Shown here: piece after piece, positions 50,831 to 61,208 of the stretch
Layout of the letters: each line of letters begins with the position of its first letter
How positions within the stretch are numbered: the stretch's first letter is position 1
From: Synergistales bacterium
GTDB taxonomy: Bacteria; Synergistota; Synergistia; Synergistales; JAFGMB01
Reading direction: 5' to 3'
Length of the DNA: 64,000 nucleotides
Assembly: GCA_963666205.1 (NCBI GenBank)
Contig: OY762654.1
Coordinates: 1,376,001 to 1,440,000, forward strand
Notes under the pieces: generated by a model
Database searches by the model: none
Told to the model about the DNA's origin: nothing
The model's input: only the letters and a program-made list of their open reading frames with translations
Program-made: the position numbers and the translations under genes

Positions 50831-51277
50831 CTATAGCCTCAAGCCACCGGTCCGGTTTTTATACCTTTTCAGCAGAACATGGGTCTGAACCCTCAGAACT
50901 CCCTTTGTAGAATATATCTTTTCCAGGACCAGATCCCTCAGATCATCCATATCCGTAAGAAGGGAATGCATGTGAAGAGTGCTTGAACCGCTCATAAGGT
51001 AGAGACTCTCACAAAGGGGATCACTTGCCAGTTCTTCAGCAACCTGATTGAGCGACCCTGGTTCTACGTCTATTTCAAGAAATGCAGACACTTTCTTTTC
51101 GCATTTGTCAGGATTGATAATGACAGTAAATTTTTCTATCACCCCAGACTGCTTGAGCTTTTCTACCCTTTCTTTGATGCTGGCCCTGGTCAATCCATAT
51201 TTTCTACCCAGTTCCGCAAAGCTTATCCTGGCATCATTCGTAAGATCTCCAAGCAGGTCACGGTCAAGCTTATCCAA
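50831..51277 (-). CDS. Lrp/AsnC transcriptional regulator
   Basis: DKLDR.LL..L..DAR.SF.EL....GL....ERV..L...GVI. Confidence 0.9.
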   Translation of the reverse strand: MDKLDRDLLGDLTNDARISFAELGRKYGLTRASIKERVEKLKQSGVIEKFTVIINPDKCEKKVSAFLEIDVEPGSLNQVAEELASDPLCESLYLMSGSSTLHMHSLLTDMDDLRDLVLEKIYSTKGVLRVQTHVLLKRYKNRTGGLRL

Positions 51278-51334
51278 AGCAATTTCCCCCTTACATATGT
51301 GAAAACACCGGGTTTCAAAGTACCTGTAACAGAG

Positions 51335-52138
51335 CTACAAGCCGCTGACTCTTGTAACTTCGATTCCTCTTTTTTCCAATTCTTCGATGAAGGGATTGAT
51401 GCCTATAAGGTCACTTGTCATGTGACCTGAGATTACAAGGTTACCATGTCCTTCATATTCCCTGATCTTCCTGAGTTCAGGATAATGAATATGAATATAG
51501 ATCAGAGTATCAACTCCGTTGTCATAGTAGGCCCTTGCAACTTCGAATCCTCCATTCGTTCCCGCCCCATGGGAAACAGCTATCTTTCCTGCCCTGTTTT
51601 CCAGAGATCCAGCTTTAACAAGAACGGGAACCTCGCTCATGGAAAATTCAGGTATTTCATTCAGCTTACTTACAACGTCCCCGACAGTTGCATCTGGATC
51701 AAGACTTTCCAACGCTTTTTCCATTCTTTTCTTGCCGATCTGATCCAGGGGATAGTGGATATTCATAAAAGGCATACCTATAAGCCGAGCAAATGAAGGA
51801 ACATGATCCGTATTGGTTATTATCCCCCAGAGTTCCCGCTGCTCCTTGAGGGGTAATATGGTTTCCCAGGCTTCCTTCACAGGAACTCCTGCCTCTATAA
51901 GCTGCCGGGCATGCTCATCGATTATATTATAAAAGGTTCTGGCCGAACCGCTTGGATGATGGGCAATAACAGCGTCATAACCCATTTCTTTTGCCAGATG
52001 TAATTCGGCAACTCCTATATCTATACCAAAAAGGACTTTTCTGATCTTCTGTCCATGATGGTAAATAGCAGAATCTGCCGGAATTTCGTCAATTCCTACC
52101 ATAGAAAGAGCCAGATCCATTATTTCCTGTGTATTCAC
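51335..52138 (-). CDS. NIF3-like dinuclear metal centre protein
   Basis: LFGIDI, VIAHHP, NIHYPLD, GH.TSD.IG. Confidence 0.7.
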   Translation of the reverse strand: MNTQEIMDLALSMVGIDEIPADSAIYHHGQKIRKVLFGIDIGVAELHLAKEMGYDAVIAHHPSGSARTFYNIIDEHARQLIEAGVPVKEAWETILPLKEQRELWGIITNTDHVPSFARLIGMPFMNIHYPLDQIGKKRMEKALESLDPDATVGDVVSKLNEIPEFSMSEVPVLVKAGSLENRAGKIAVSHGAGTNGGFEVARAYYDNGVDTLIYIHIHYPELRKIREYEGHGNLVISGHMTSDLIGINPFIEELEKRGIEVTRVSGL

Positions 52139-52195
52139 TAACCAGCACCACCTTTTAAAATTTCAGGAGTAATTCAACTATTTTTTGCAGGTTCA

Positions 52196-53143
52196 TCAAT
52201 AAAGGTTACATGCAACCTCATGTCCCGGTGAAACTTCTTTCAGAGGTGGGATGCATTCCGTGCATTGTTTCATGCAGGATTGACACCTTGTGTGGAAAAG
52301 GCAGCCCGAGGGCGGATTAATAGGACTGGGAACATTCCCTTCAAGGATAATTCTGTCTCTATTCCTCCTATGAAGTTTAGGAACGGGGATCGCCGAAAGC
52401 AGTGCCTTTGTGTAGGGGTGGAGAGGGTTCCTGAATAACTCCGAACTGGCAGCTATCTCGACGATTTTCCCAAGGTACATTACCGCTACCCTGTCACTTA
52501 TATGTTTGACCACTGACAGATCGTGGGATATGAAAAGATAGGTCAATCCAAAGCTGGACTGCAATTCCTGAAGAAGATTAAGGATCTGGGCCTGTATAGA
52601 GACGTCAAGAGCTGATACTGGTTCATCGCAGACTATAAAACTGGGTTCGAGGGCCAGAGCCCTGGCAATACCAACCCTCTGTCTTCTGCCTCCATCGAGT
52701 TCATGGGGATACTTGTTATACAGCCTGGAGCTCAGTCCTACTTTATCCATTAGCAGGTCGACCTTATCTTCAATTTCTTTTTTTGTTCCCAGATGGTGTA
52801 CCTTGAAAGGTTTTGCTATTATCTGGGAAACACTTTTTCTTGGATCTATGGAAGAATATGGATCCTGAAAGATTATCTGCATATCCTGTCTGAGCTTCTT
52901 CAATTCTCCGCTGGATAAACTGTTTATGTCCACACCGTTGAAAAGGACTTTCCCCTCTGTGGCATCTATCAGCCTGATCACAACACGGCCGGTTGTTGAT
53001 TTTCCGCATCCGGACTCTCCCACCAGGCCAAGGGTTTCTCCCTTCTTAATGGAAAAATTGATATCGTCAACAGCCCTGACATTTCCTTTATGGGTAGGAA
53101 AATATTTTTTCAGATTCTGTACTGAAAGGAGAGTATCAGCCAT
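52196..53143 (-). CDS. oppF: Oligopeptide/dipeptide ABC ATPase (OppF/DppF)
   Basis: GESGCGKST, HELDGGRRQR, CDEPVSALD, HPYT, C-terminal Cys cluster. Confidence 0.92.
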   Translation of the reverse strand: MADTLLSVQNLKKYFPTHKGNVRAVDDINFSIKKGETLGLVGESGCGKSTTGRVVIRLIDATEGKVLFNGVDINSLSSGELKKLRQDMQIIFQDPYSSIDPRKSVSQIIAKPFKVHHLGTKKEIEDKVDLLMDKVGLSSRLYNKYPHELDGGRRQRVGIARALALEPSFIVCDEPVSALDVSIQAQILNLLQELQSSFGLTYLFISHDLSVVKHISDRVAVMYLGKIVEIAASSELFRNPLHPYTKALLSAIPVPKLHRRNRDRIILEGNVPSPINPPSGCLFHTRCQSCMKQCTECIPPLKEVSPGHEVACNLY

Positions 53144-54119
53144 TGATCATTTCCCCCTTCTCATTGTAAAGATGACATATAACCTGCTGCCCTTCCCTGA
53201 TCCTTACGCAGGGTTTCTCTTTTCTGCAGACAGGCATGGCTTTGGGACATCTCGGCTCAAAACAGCAGCCATGGGGAAGATTTATAGGATCAGGCATAAG
53301 ACCTTCGATGGGATTGATCGTACTGTCTTCAGATTCGATATCCGGTGTACATTTGAAAAGAGCCTCAGTATAGGGATGCATCGGATTTTCAAATACCTGT
53401 TCCAGGGTTCCCTGTTCAAGTATCTCTCCTGCATACATAACGGCGACCTTATCGCAGATCTCGGAAACTACACCAAGATCATGGGTGATCATTATCATAG
53501 CTGTATCCAGCTCATCTTTAAGATCATTCATCAACCTCAGGACCTGGGCCTGGATAGTAACATCCAGGGCAGTGGTCGGTTCATCTGCCAGGATAAGGGA
53601 AGGCCTGCAGACCAGGGCCATAGCTATTCCAACCCTCTGTCTCATACCGCCACTGAACTCGTGGGGATAATTCTCCATCCTTCCGGAAGGGATCTGGACC
53701 ATTTCAAGCATCTTGCGAGCCTGATCCACAGCTTCCTCTTTAGTAGCCTTCGTATGAGCCTGAATGACTTCTGTCAGCTGTGTCACCACTGGTACTACCG
53801 GGTTCAGAGAGGTCATGGGGTCCTGGAATATCATAGATATTTTATTGCCCCTCAGTTTTTTCATTTCCCTTTCAGGAAAATCCAGGATATCCTGGCCCTG
53901 GAAAATGATCTTTCCAGCCTTTATTTTTCCGGGAGGTTTGGGGATAAGATTCAGTATAGAAAGGGCAGTTGTAGTCTTTCCTGCACCGCTTTCACCTACA
54001 AGACCAAGGGTCTCCCTGGAGTTAAGAGAGAAACTGATCCCGTTAACGGCCTTTACGGTTCCTTCAAAAGATTCATATATAACTTCCAGATCTTTAACTT
54101 CAAGAATAGAATCCGACAT
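53136..54119 (-). CDS. oppD: Oligopeptide/dipeptide ABC ATPase (OppD/DppD)
   Basis: GESGAGKT, FSGGMRQR, ADEPTTALDVT. Confidence 0.92.
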   Translation of the reverse strand: MSDSILEVKDLEVIYESFEGTVKAVNGISFSLNSRETLGLVGESGAGKTTTALSILNLIPKPPGKIKAGKIIFQGQDILDFPEREMKKLRGNKISMIFQDPMTSLNPVVPVVTQLTEVIQAHTKATKEEAVDQARKMLEMVQIPSGRMENYPHEFSGGMRQRVGIAMALVCRPSLILADEPTTALDVTIQAQVLRLMNDLKDELDTAMIMITHDLGVVSEICDKVAVMYAGEILEQGTLEQVFENPMHPYTEALFKCTPDIESEDSTINPIEGLMPDPINLPHGCCFEPRCPKAMPVCRKEKPCVRIREGQQVICHLYNEKGEMING

Positions 54120-54140
54120 GATAGGGTACGGCCTCCTACA

Positions 54141-55034
54141 TTATTGTCTTAACTTTGGATCCAGGGCATCTCGCAAACCATCCCCCAGCATGTTCAACGC
54201 AATAACCACTATTACAATCGCTAACCCCGGGAAAATAGTGATATGAGGAGCATTCCTGAGGAACTGCCGCCCGGCACTGAGCATGGCCCCCCATTCAGGT
54301 GTGGGAGGCTGTATCCCCATCCCCAGAAAGCTGAGGGTCGCAGCTGAAAGGATCGCCTTGGCAACGCCCAATGTACTCTGGACAATGATGGGTGCCATAC
54401 AATTAGGGATAAGGGTTTCCACAATTATGGAAAAGTTCCCGGTTCCCAAAGCCCTTGCAGCTTCAACATATTCCTGTTCCCTGACTGAAAGGGCAGAAGC
54501 TCTCACCACCCTGGCGTAACGGGGCAGAATGCTTATCCCGACCGCTATCATTACGTTAGTCAGATTCGTACCGAAAACGCTCACTATGGCGAGGGCCAGG
54601 ATTATCTGGGGAATTGCCAGGAATACATCCATGATCCTCATGATAAGATTATCCAGTCTTCCACCATAAAAACCTGAGATCCCTCCGATAAGACCTCCGA
54701 AGATAGCTCCGATACCAACCGCAATAAAACCTACATATAGTGAAACTCGACTTCCAAAAATGATCCTGCTGAAAATATCCCGACCGAAATTATCCGTTCC
54801 CAGCCAATGCAGGGAAGAGGGTGGTTCCAGCCTGTGTTTTATATCCATCTGGACAGGATCGAAAGGTGCAATAAGGGGCGCAAAAACTGCACAGATAACA
54901 AGGATGACAAGGACTGTAAGTCCAACCATGGCCATCCTGTTCTGTTTCAGCCTTCTCCATACCTCTGCCCACAGGCTCTGTCTTTTACCTCTGCCAGTAT
55001 CTTCCTTTGAATTTATCACACTGAACATCAGCAT
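54141..55034 (-). CDS. oppC: Peptide ABC permease (OppC/DppC)
   Basis: HWLGTDNFGRD, EYVEAARALG, PEWG. Confidence 0.92.
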   Translation of the reverse strand: MLMFSVINSKEDTGRGKRQSLWAEVWRRLKQNRMAMVGLTVLVILVICAVFAPLIAPFDPVQMDIKHRLEPPSSLHWLGTDNFGRDIFSRIIFGSRVSLYVGFIAVGIGAIFGGLIGGISGFYGGRLDNLIMRIMDVFLAIPQIILALAIVSVFGTNLTNVMIAVGISILPRYARVVRASALSVREQEYVEAARALGTGNFSIIVETLIPNCMAPIIVQSTLGVAKAILSAATLSFLGMGIQPPTPEWGAMLSAGRQFLRNAPHITIFPGLAIVIVVIALNMLGDGLRDALDPKLRQ

Positions 55035-55049
55035 TCCCTCGTCTCCTGA

Positions 55050-55976
55050 CTAGTGATACTGCGCCTTGATCCTGGGATCAAGGAAAGCATAAAGAATATC
55101 TACGATCAGGTTTACTAATCCGACTCCCAATGCAAAGATGAGTATCCCACCCTGAACTACGGGATAATCCTGGGAACGAATGGCATCTACAAGCAATCTG
55201 CCCACCCCCGGGTAGGAAAAGACCGTTTCTGTCACAACGACTCCGCCCAGAGAATGTCCAAAATAAAGACCGGCTATTGTTACAACAGGGATAAGGGCAT
55301 TTCTTATGATGTGTCTGAAGAGGACTATCCTGTCCGGCAGTCCCTTTGCCCTTGCTGTTCTCACGTAGTCCTGGCGGATAACCTCAAGCATGCTTGATCT
55401 GCTCATTCTTGCTATTACCGCAATTGTCTGAATGGCAAGACCGAATGCAGGAAGCACCAGGTTTTTCCAGCTTCCATATCCGGATGACGGCAATATGGGA
55501 AAGATAACAGCAAATAAAAGCATTAACATCAGGCCCGCCCAGAAATTGGGCACGGAAAATCCGAAGAGGGCCAGGAAACTGCTTATGTAGTCTGTCAATG
55601 TGTTCTGTTTCAGGGCCGCAATTACCCCCAGGGGAAACCCTATCAGTACTGAAAGGAGTATTGCTGTTACCGCAAGGGTAAGAGTGGCCGGGAATCTGCT
55701 TTTGATCTCCTCAAAAACCGGAGTATTCGTCCTCAAAGATCTTCCGAAGTCCCCCTTGAGGGCATTGGTCAGAAAACGGAAATACTGGACATGAACAGGA
55801 TCATTCAATCCGAGATTCTCCCGCAGCTGCAGAATGTCTTCCTGGGAAGCCGTGGGACCTAACATGACCTCGGCAGGATCACCCGGGGCAAGTCTCATTA
55901 TCCCGAAAATAAGAATAGACACTCCCAGCAGGACTGGTATCAACATGAGTATTCGTTTAAAAATATATTTGAGCAT
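55050..55976 (-). CDS. oppB: Peptide ABC permease (OppB/DppB)
   Basis: PGDPA, GDFGRS, DYVRTARAKGL, DYPVVQG, LDPRI. Confidence 0.92.
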   Translation of the reverse strand: MLKYIFKRILMLIPVLLGVSILIFGIMRLAPGDPAEVMLGPTASQEDILQLRENLGLNDPVHVQYFRFLTNALKGDFGRSLRTNTPVFEEIKSRFPATLTLAVTAILLSVLIGFPLGVIAALKQNTLTDYISSFLALFGFSVPNFWAGLMLMLLFAVIFPILPSSGYGSWKNLVLPAFGLAIQTIAVIARMSRSSMLEVIRQDYVRTARAKGLPDRIVLFRHIIRNALIPVVTIAGLYFGHSLGGVVVTETVFSYPGVGRLLVDAIRSQDYPVVQGGILIFALGVGLVNLIVDILYAFLDPRIKAQYH

Positions 55977-56108
55977 AATATCGATCCCCTATGGCAAATA
56001 TTCTTTACTTCGTTCCGGGGTGTTCTTCCGATCTGAATTGATATTTAGAAGGGTACGGGTTCGCAGAAGATAATTCTTCTTTTCCGCAAACCCGTACTTT
56101 TTTAATTT

Positions 56109-57620
56109 TTATTTCTCTATGGAAACGCTGTAGAGAGGATTGATGTTATTAGGATACTGGACGTATCCCGAAACATTTTTCTTGCTGGCTGACATGAATT
56201 TAGGTACTGCTATAAAGATATCAGGTGCCTCTTCGAGAAGTTTCGCCTGTATCTCTTTGTAGACCTCTTTTCTGGCATCGATACCAACGGTTGTTCTACC
56301 CTTTACCAGAAGCTGGTCGGTTTCCTCATTACTGTAAAATTCCCTGTTGGAAGCCTGGATACCGGAACTGTGGAAACGGGGGAAAAGCCCTCCATCAGCA
56401 TCTCCAGTTCCTGTCCAGCCAAGGACGAACATGGCTTTTGAACCCTTTTTGGTGGCGCTGAGGAATGATCCCCATTCCATTATCTTGATCTCGGCGTTGA
56501 TTCCGACCTGAGCGAGATAAGCCTGAACAAGCTCGCATACACTCTTTCTTTCAGTTCTTGGATCAGTCCAGAGCTCGCAGCTGAATCCATCAGGGAATCC
56601 AGCTTCCTTCATCAGTTGAACTGCCTTGTCAGGATCATAGGGATAGGCTGGTTTGAGAGAACGGTCAAAACCCCAGATGCTGGGGGAAAGGACACCGAAG
56701 GAAGGATCTGCCTTGCCAAAAAATACGGCATCAATTACAGCCTGTTTGTCCACGGCATAATTCATAGCCTGCCTGAGTTTCTGATTATCAAAGGGAGGAT
56801 GGGTCAGGTCCATACCGATATAAAGGGTGGACTGCCCGACTGTTTCATGGATATCAAGACCCTTCTGTGCACTGAGACGATCAAATTCCTGGGGGGGAAG
56901 GTTGTACATGATATCTATGCCGCCAGATTCAAGCTCTATTACTCTTGTAGCATCTTCCGGGATCGCCCTGTAGACGATCTGATCCACCTTTGAAGCACCT
57001 TCAAAATAATCAGGGAATTTTTTCAGGATCACTTTATCCCCATAATGTCGACTTTCAAACATAAAGGGTCCTGTGCCTACCGGGTTCTTTGCATAATCCT
57101 CACCTGCACCCTCAACAGCCTTCCTGTTGAGTATGGCCATCTCATATCTGGCCAGGTTGCTGAGCAAAGGAGCAAAGGCATTTTTAGTTACAATTTTAAC
57201 TGTGTACTTATCAGTAGCTTCGACATTATCAACTTCCTTGAGAAGCCAGGCTCCGGGTGCATTCATATCCGGGGATAAAAGTCTCTGGATCGAAAAGACA
57301 ACATCGGAAGCGGTCAGTTCTTCTCCGTTATGGAATTTTACACCCTTGCGAAGATGGAACAACCAGGTCTTCTCATCCGGGTTTTCCCAGGATTCAGCAA
57401 GATCATTCTCTATCTCGATCTTGTCATTTATCTTCACGAGATAGTTGTACACCTGCTTCATAACGTTTGCTGAATAGACATCATTAGCCTTATGGGGATC
57501 AAGGGTCGTGATATCTGCCACCTGGGCTACTGTCAGGACCTTTTCCGCTGCGATAGCCTGACTCACACCTGCAAGACATAACGCTACTACCAGTACAAGT
57601 AAAGCAACTTTTCTCATCAC
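56109..57620 (-). CDS. oppA: Peptide ABC substrate-binding protein (family 5)
   Basis: TLDPH, LAESW, LRKGVKFHNG, PVGTGPF, RQAMNYAVD. Confidence 0.92.
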   Translation of the reverse strand: MMRKVALLVLVVALCLAGVSQAIAAEKVLTVAQVADITTLDPHKANDVYSANVMKQVYNYLVKINDKIEIENDLAESWENPDEKTWLFHLRKGVKFHNGEELTASDVVFSIQRLLSPDMNAPGAWLLKEVDNVEATDKYTVKIVTKNAFAPLLSNLARYEMAILNRKAVEGAGEDYAKNPVGTGPFMFESRHYGDKVILKKFPDYFEGASKVDQIVYRAIPEDATRVIELESGGIDIMYNLPPQEFDRLSAQKGLDIHETVGQSTLYIGMDLTHPPFDNQKLRQAMNYAVDKQAVIDAVFFGKADPSFGVLSPSIWGFDRSLKPAYPYDPDKAVQLMKEAGFPDGFSCELWTDPRTERKSVCELVQAYLAQVGINAEIKIMEWGSFLSATKKGSKAMFVLGWTGTGDADGGLFPRFHSSGIQASNREFYSNEETDQLLVKGRTTVGIDARKEVYKEIQAKLLEEAPDIFIAVPKFMSASKKNVSGYVQYPNNINPLYSVSIEK

Positions 57621-57658
57621 ATATCCTCCTCCATTCTCTTATCTGGGTTTAACAGGGT

Positions 57659-58741
57659 CTATAAAACAACAAGTTCCTTGTCTGCAAAGGTGAGGACCTC
57701 ACAACCATTTTCAGTTATAACAACGTCATCTTCGATCCTTATCCCGCCAATACCTGGAAGATATATTCCCGGTTCTATGGTAACTACTGAATTCACCGGC
57801 AGAAACTCTCCATTATTGAAATTGACATTCGGAAATTCATGGAGTTCGAGACCGATACCATGACCAGTAGAATGGGTAAAATATTGTCCATACCCCTTTG
57901 AAGATATATATTCTCTTACTTTTCTGTCCAATTCTCTTCCAGTCACTTTATTATTCGCTGTACTGATACCGATCTCATTCGCTTCATATACGATCCTGTA
58001 TATCCCGGCAAGTCTTTCATCGACAGGCCCAACTGCAACGGTCCTTGTGATATCACTGAAATAACCTTTATAAACAGCACCAAAATCAATGGTTATGAAA
58101 TCTCCATTTGTGATGACCTTATCTGAAAAAACACCGTGGGGACGCTGTCCCCTTGTACCTGAAGCAACGACAAAATGTCCCTTGGAGAGTTGCTCTGCTC
58201 CATATTTTCTGATCCTGTAAGACAGTTCTGCAGCAAGATCTGCTTCAGTTATTCCAGGCTTGATCAGAGGATAGAGATCATTGAAAGCTTTGGATGCTAT
58301 TTCGCATGATTTTCTGATAAGAGATAATTCTGATTCACTTTTAACTGAACGGAGGGACTTGAAATAGTTCGAATAACCTCTCATTTCAAGCCCTAGTGAT
58401 TGAAGCTTAATAAATTTATCCACAGTAAGCCTGTCTTTTTCAAAACCAGCAATTTCAACTTTGTGTTCCTGAATTAATTTTTCGATGTGAGGCCATGGAT
58501 CGCGATCTGCAATTCTTTCGACGGTGAAATCTGACTCTTCTTCCGCCTGGACAAAATATCTTGAATCCACTATCAGAAAATTTTCCTCAGATGTAAGAAG
58601 GACCACTGCTACAGACCCGGTGAATCCGCTTAAATATTGAATAGTCGGCCTGTTATCGTACTCCTGGGAAAAGAGTATGAAACCATCCAGACCATCTGGA
58701 TCCCAAAGGGAATCAATTCTCTCCATAATCCTGGAATTCAT
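57659..58741 (-). CDS. Xaa-Pro aminopeptidase (M24B)
   Basis: YLSGFTGS, DFGA, SDITRT, HSTGHGIGLELHE, TIEPGIY, GIRIEDD. Confidence 0.93.
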   Translation of the reverse strand: MNSRIMERIDSLWDPDGLDGFILFSQEYDNRPTIQYLSGFTGSVAVVLLTSEENFLIVDSRYFVQAEEESDFTVERIADRDPWPHIEKLIQEHKVEIAGFEKDRLTVDKFIKLQSLGLEMRGYSNYFKSLRSVKSESELSLIRKSCEIASKAFNDLYPLIKPGITEADLAAELSYRIRKYGAEQLSKGHFVVASGTRGQRPHGVFSDKVITNGDFITIDFGAVYKGYFSDITRTVAVGPVDERLAGIYRIVYEANEIGISTANNKVTGRELDRKVREYISSKGYGQYFTHSTGHGIGLELHEFPNVNFNNGEFLPVNSVVTIEPGIYLPGIGGIRIEDDVVITENGCEVLTFADKELVVL

Positions 58742-59268
58742 AATTACCTCCTGCAGCAGAACACTAGATTATCTATTTTCTATATAACATAATACTAACT
58801 TTATGTAAATAAATTTTGACTATTTATTATATTTTGTTTGGAATAAGCTCTATTTAGTTTTACATAGTGCAAGTCAAAAGGTCATTTGACCGGTTTCAAT
58901 TGAGGTAGTTAGCAATTTGACACAATAAATTTCCAATAGTGATGCAAATTATCATATTTTATGTAAAAAGATGAAATAAGCCCTGATATTCTTATTCAGG
59001 GACCTTCAGGTGGTCAGAATATGAGAATTTCCTAAAAAAATATTTCCTGCAGAAAAACCAGATCTTTCATAAGGATAAAGGTCGTCTCCCTGGCATGTTT
59101 TCATACCATGGATAATCCCCGCAGTTTTCAAGAATCATAAATTGAAGATCTGAGAAGCTGATTAGCAGGCCTTCATGATTTCCCTGCCAGGATTACCATT
59201 GAAGAATATGCTATAATTTTTTCTGATGAATCTTTACCTATTTTATCAATCAGAGAGGTGGAAGAGCA

Positions 59269-60081
59269 ATGGAGAGATTTACAAGAAAACATTATTTTGG
59301 CAGGCTTCTGATACTGAGCCTCCTCATTATGGTCATAGCCATTGCTTCAGCGGCTCCGACCGTTGGAACAGAAACATCAAGGCTGGATACCATCATGGAA
59401 ATGGGTGTCCTCAAGGTAGGTACCACGGGGGACTATAAGCCCTTCACATATTTCGATAAGGAAAAAGGCGAATTCGAGGGTATAGACATTGATATGGCCA
59501 AGTCCCTTGCGGCAGCCCTTGGGGTGAAACTGGAACTGGTTCAGACCACATGGAAAAATATCGTCACAGACCTGGTTGAAGGAAAATACGACGTGGCCAT
59601 GGGAGGAATATCCAAAAGGCTTTCAAGGCAGACCAGCGTTTTCTTCACCATTCCCTATCTCGAAACTGGAAAGGCACCCATAACCCTGAAAGAGAATGCG
59701 GAAAAATTCCAGACCCTCGACCAGATCGACCAGGAAGGCGTCAGGGTAATTGTTAACCCCGGAGGAACCAACGAGAGCTTCGCCAGGGCAAACCTTAAAA
59801 AAGCCACCATAGTGGTTCATGAGGATAACGTAACCATTTTCGACCAGATCATCCAGGGCAAGGCAGATCTTATGATGACAGATGCTGTGGAAACACTGGT
59901 ACAGGAAAAACTGCACCCCGAACTCAAGGCCGTAAACCCGGACAAACCATTCACATTCACCGAATTCGGCTACATGCTTCCCCGGGGAGACTCCGTGTTC
60001 AAGGAATGGGTCGACCTGTGGCTCCATACCGCTCTGAAAACCGGAGAATACCAGAAATATTTTGACAGCCGGGTAAGATAG
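59269..60081 (+). CDS. Amino-acid SBP family 3 / cyclohexadienyl dehydratase (PheC)-like periplasmic protein
   Basis: VGTTGDYKPF, GGIS, NPGGTNE, MTDAVE. Confidence 0.8.
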   Translation: MERFTRKHYFGRLLILSLLIMVIAIASAAPTVGTETSRLDTIMEMGVLKVGTTGDYKPFTYFDKEKGEFEGIDIDMAKSLAAALGVKLELVQTTWKNIVTDLVEGKYDVAMGGISKRLSRQTSVFFTIPYLETGKAPITLKENAEKFQTLDQIDQEGVRVIVNPGGTNESFARANLKKATIVVHEDNVTIFDQIIQGKADLMMTDAVETLVQEKLHPELKAVNPDKPFTFTEFGYMLPRGDSVFKEWVDLWLHTALKTGEYQKYFDSRVR

Positions 60082-60104
60082 TCTCCTCTTCTTCAGGCAA
60101 TCAT

Positions 60105-60142
60105 AAGGCCATTTCAGAAGTTTCTGAAATGGCCTTGCTTTT
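60105..60142. terminator. Terminator between convergent genes
   Basis: AAGGCCATTTCAGAA-GT-TTCTGAAATGGCCTT-GCTTTT. Confidence 0.8.
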
Positions 60143-60197
60143 ATGTATATCTGACGAACTGACCAGCATTGTCCGGACAATTTCAACCTGCCGGGTT

Positions 60198-60491
60198 CTA
60201 GGGTATAGAATCTATGATGTTCCGGTATTCGTCTTCGGTAAAGATCCTTGAAGTCCTGCTTCGTATGGCTCCGCCCTTGCCAACGTGCAGCCAGAGGGAT
60301 GCCATTATCTGGTCATCCGGACATTCGCTTATGACTATCATGTCGTATTCGCCTGTAGAGAGATAAAATTCCTTTATTTCGGACCCGTGTTTTTTGAAAA
60401 GCTCCTTTGCCTTGTCCAGCCGCATGTAGCTCTCCTGGACTTCGGTGATACCTTTATGGGTCCATTTGATCAGGGAAATATAGAGAGGCAT
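60198..60491 (-). CDS. GYD domain protein
   Basis: YISL..WT..G, GEYD, G.IRS.T; AGGAGG SD. Confidence 0.85.
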   Translation of the reverse strand: MPLYISLIKWTHKGITEVQESYMRLDKAKELFKKHGSEIKEFYLSTGEYDMIVISECPDDQIMASLWLHVGKGGAIRSRTSRIFTEDEYRNIIDSIP

Positions 60492-61208
60492 ATTCGGACC
60501 TCCTTTCCTCGATATTATTACGGAAGAACGAATAGATTAATTCAGGAACAGGATCAAGAATGGTTAAGGGAATGGGAACATAAATACAAAATAGCGTTAT
60601 TTATACAGCCCTTTAATACCTCGACACATCCTGTTTGTCAAGGTGTTGTTTTATCCTTTTAGCATGGCAGTGAATGAGGCAATAATAAATAGAGTCCCAT
60701 ATAGAAATAGGGGCTTTTCCACTGGTTCACCTGGGCATTACAGGTCTGCTCTCTCTCCTGAAATCGTCGCGGGGTTGGTAAAACAGGATAATAGCAAGTT
60801 ATAATCACATTTACAGGATTATGGATAATTACGCAAAAACCTCTCGGGAAAAATATTCAGCCTTCAGTTTTATGCGGGGAAACCAGCAAAACAATGAACC
60901 TTTCATTTATATGAAGAATAATGTCTCCTTACCTATTTTCAATTGAGCTGTAAAAGATTTATTATGGTAACTGCATCCCGGATCTTCAGCAGTTTGAGGG
61001 CTGGAAAACGGGAACAGGATCATGCAGACCGGGTAGGAAAAAACCTTATAATCGGCTTTTCCAGGACCTCTCGGTTCCAGTTATACCAGGTAATGGCAGA
61101 AATTTTTTTAATGTTGAAAATTTTATGTTTTTACCTATTGCTTTTACGCTATAAAACATGTAATATTCGCTAGCTTTTAAAAATTCCTTTTAAGGAGGAA
61201 CGGGTGAT

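Noticed and set aside
50256-51277. CHR transporter + Lrp as a Bacillus-type chrS-chrBA regulatory unit
   Set aside because: The genes are convergent with a terminator between them, Lrp belongs to the opp-strand run, and only one CHR gene is present.
52926-54152. 408-aa plus-strand ORF
   Set aside because: Antisense shadow of oppD/oppF, a common artefact opposite ABC ATPase genes.
60660-61200. Long intergenic region upstream of the decarboxylase as a regulatory RNA or leader peptide
   Set aside because: No recognisable motif; the small ORFs lack good SD or coding character.
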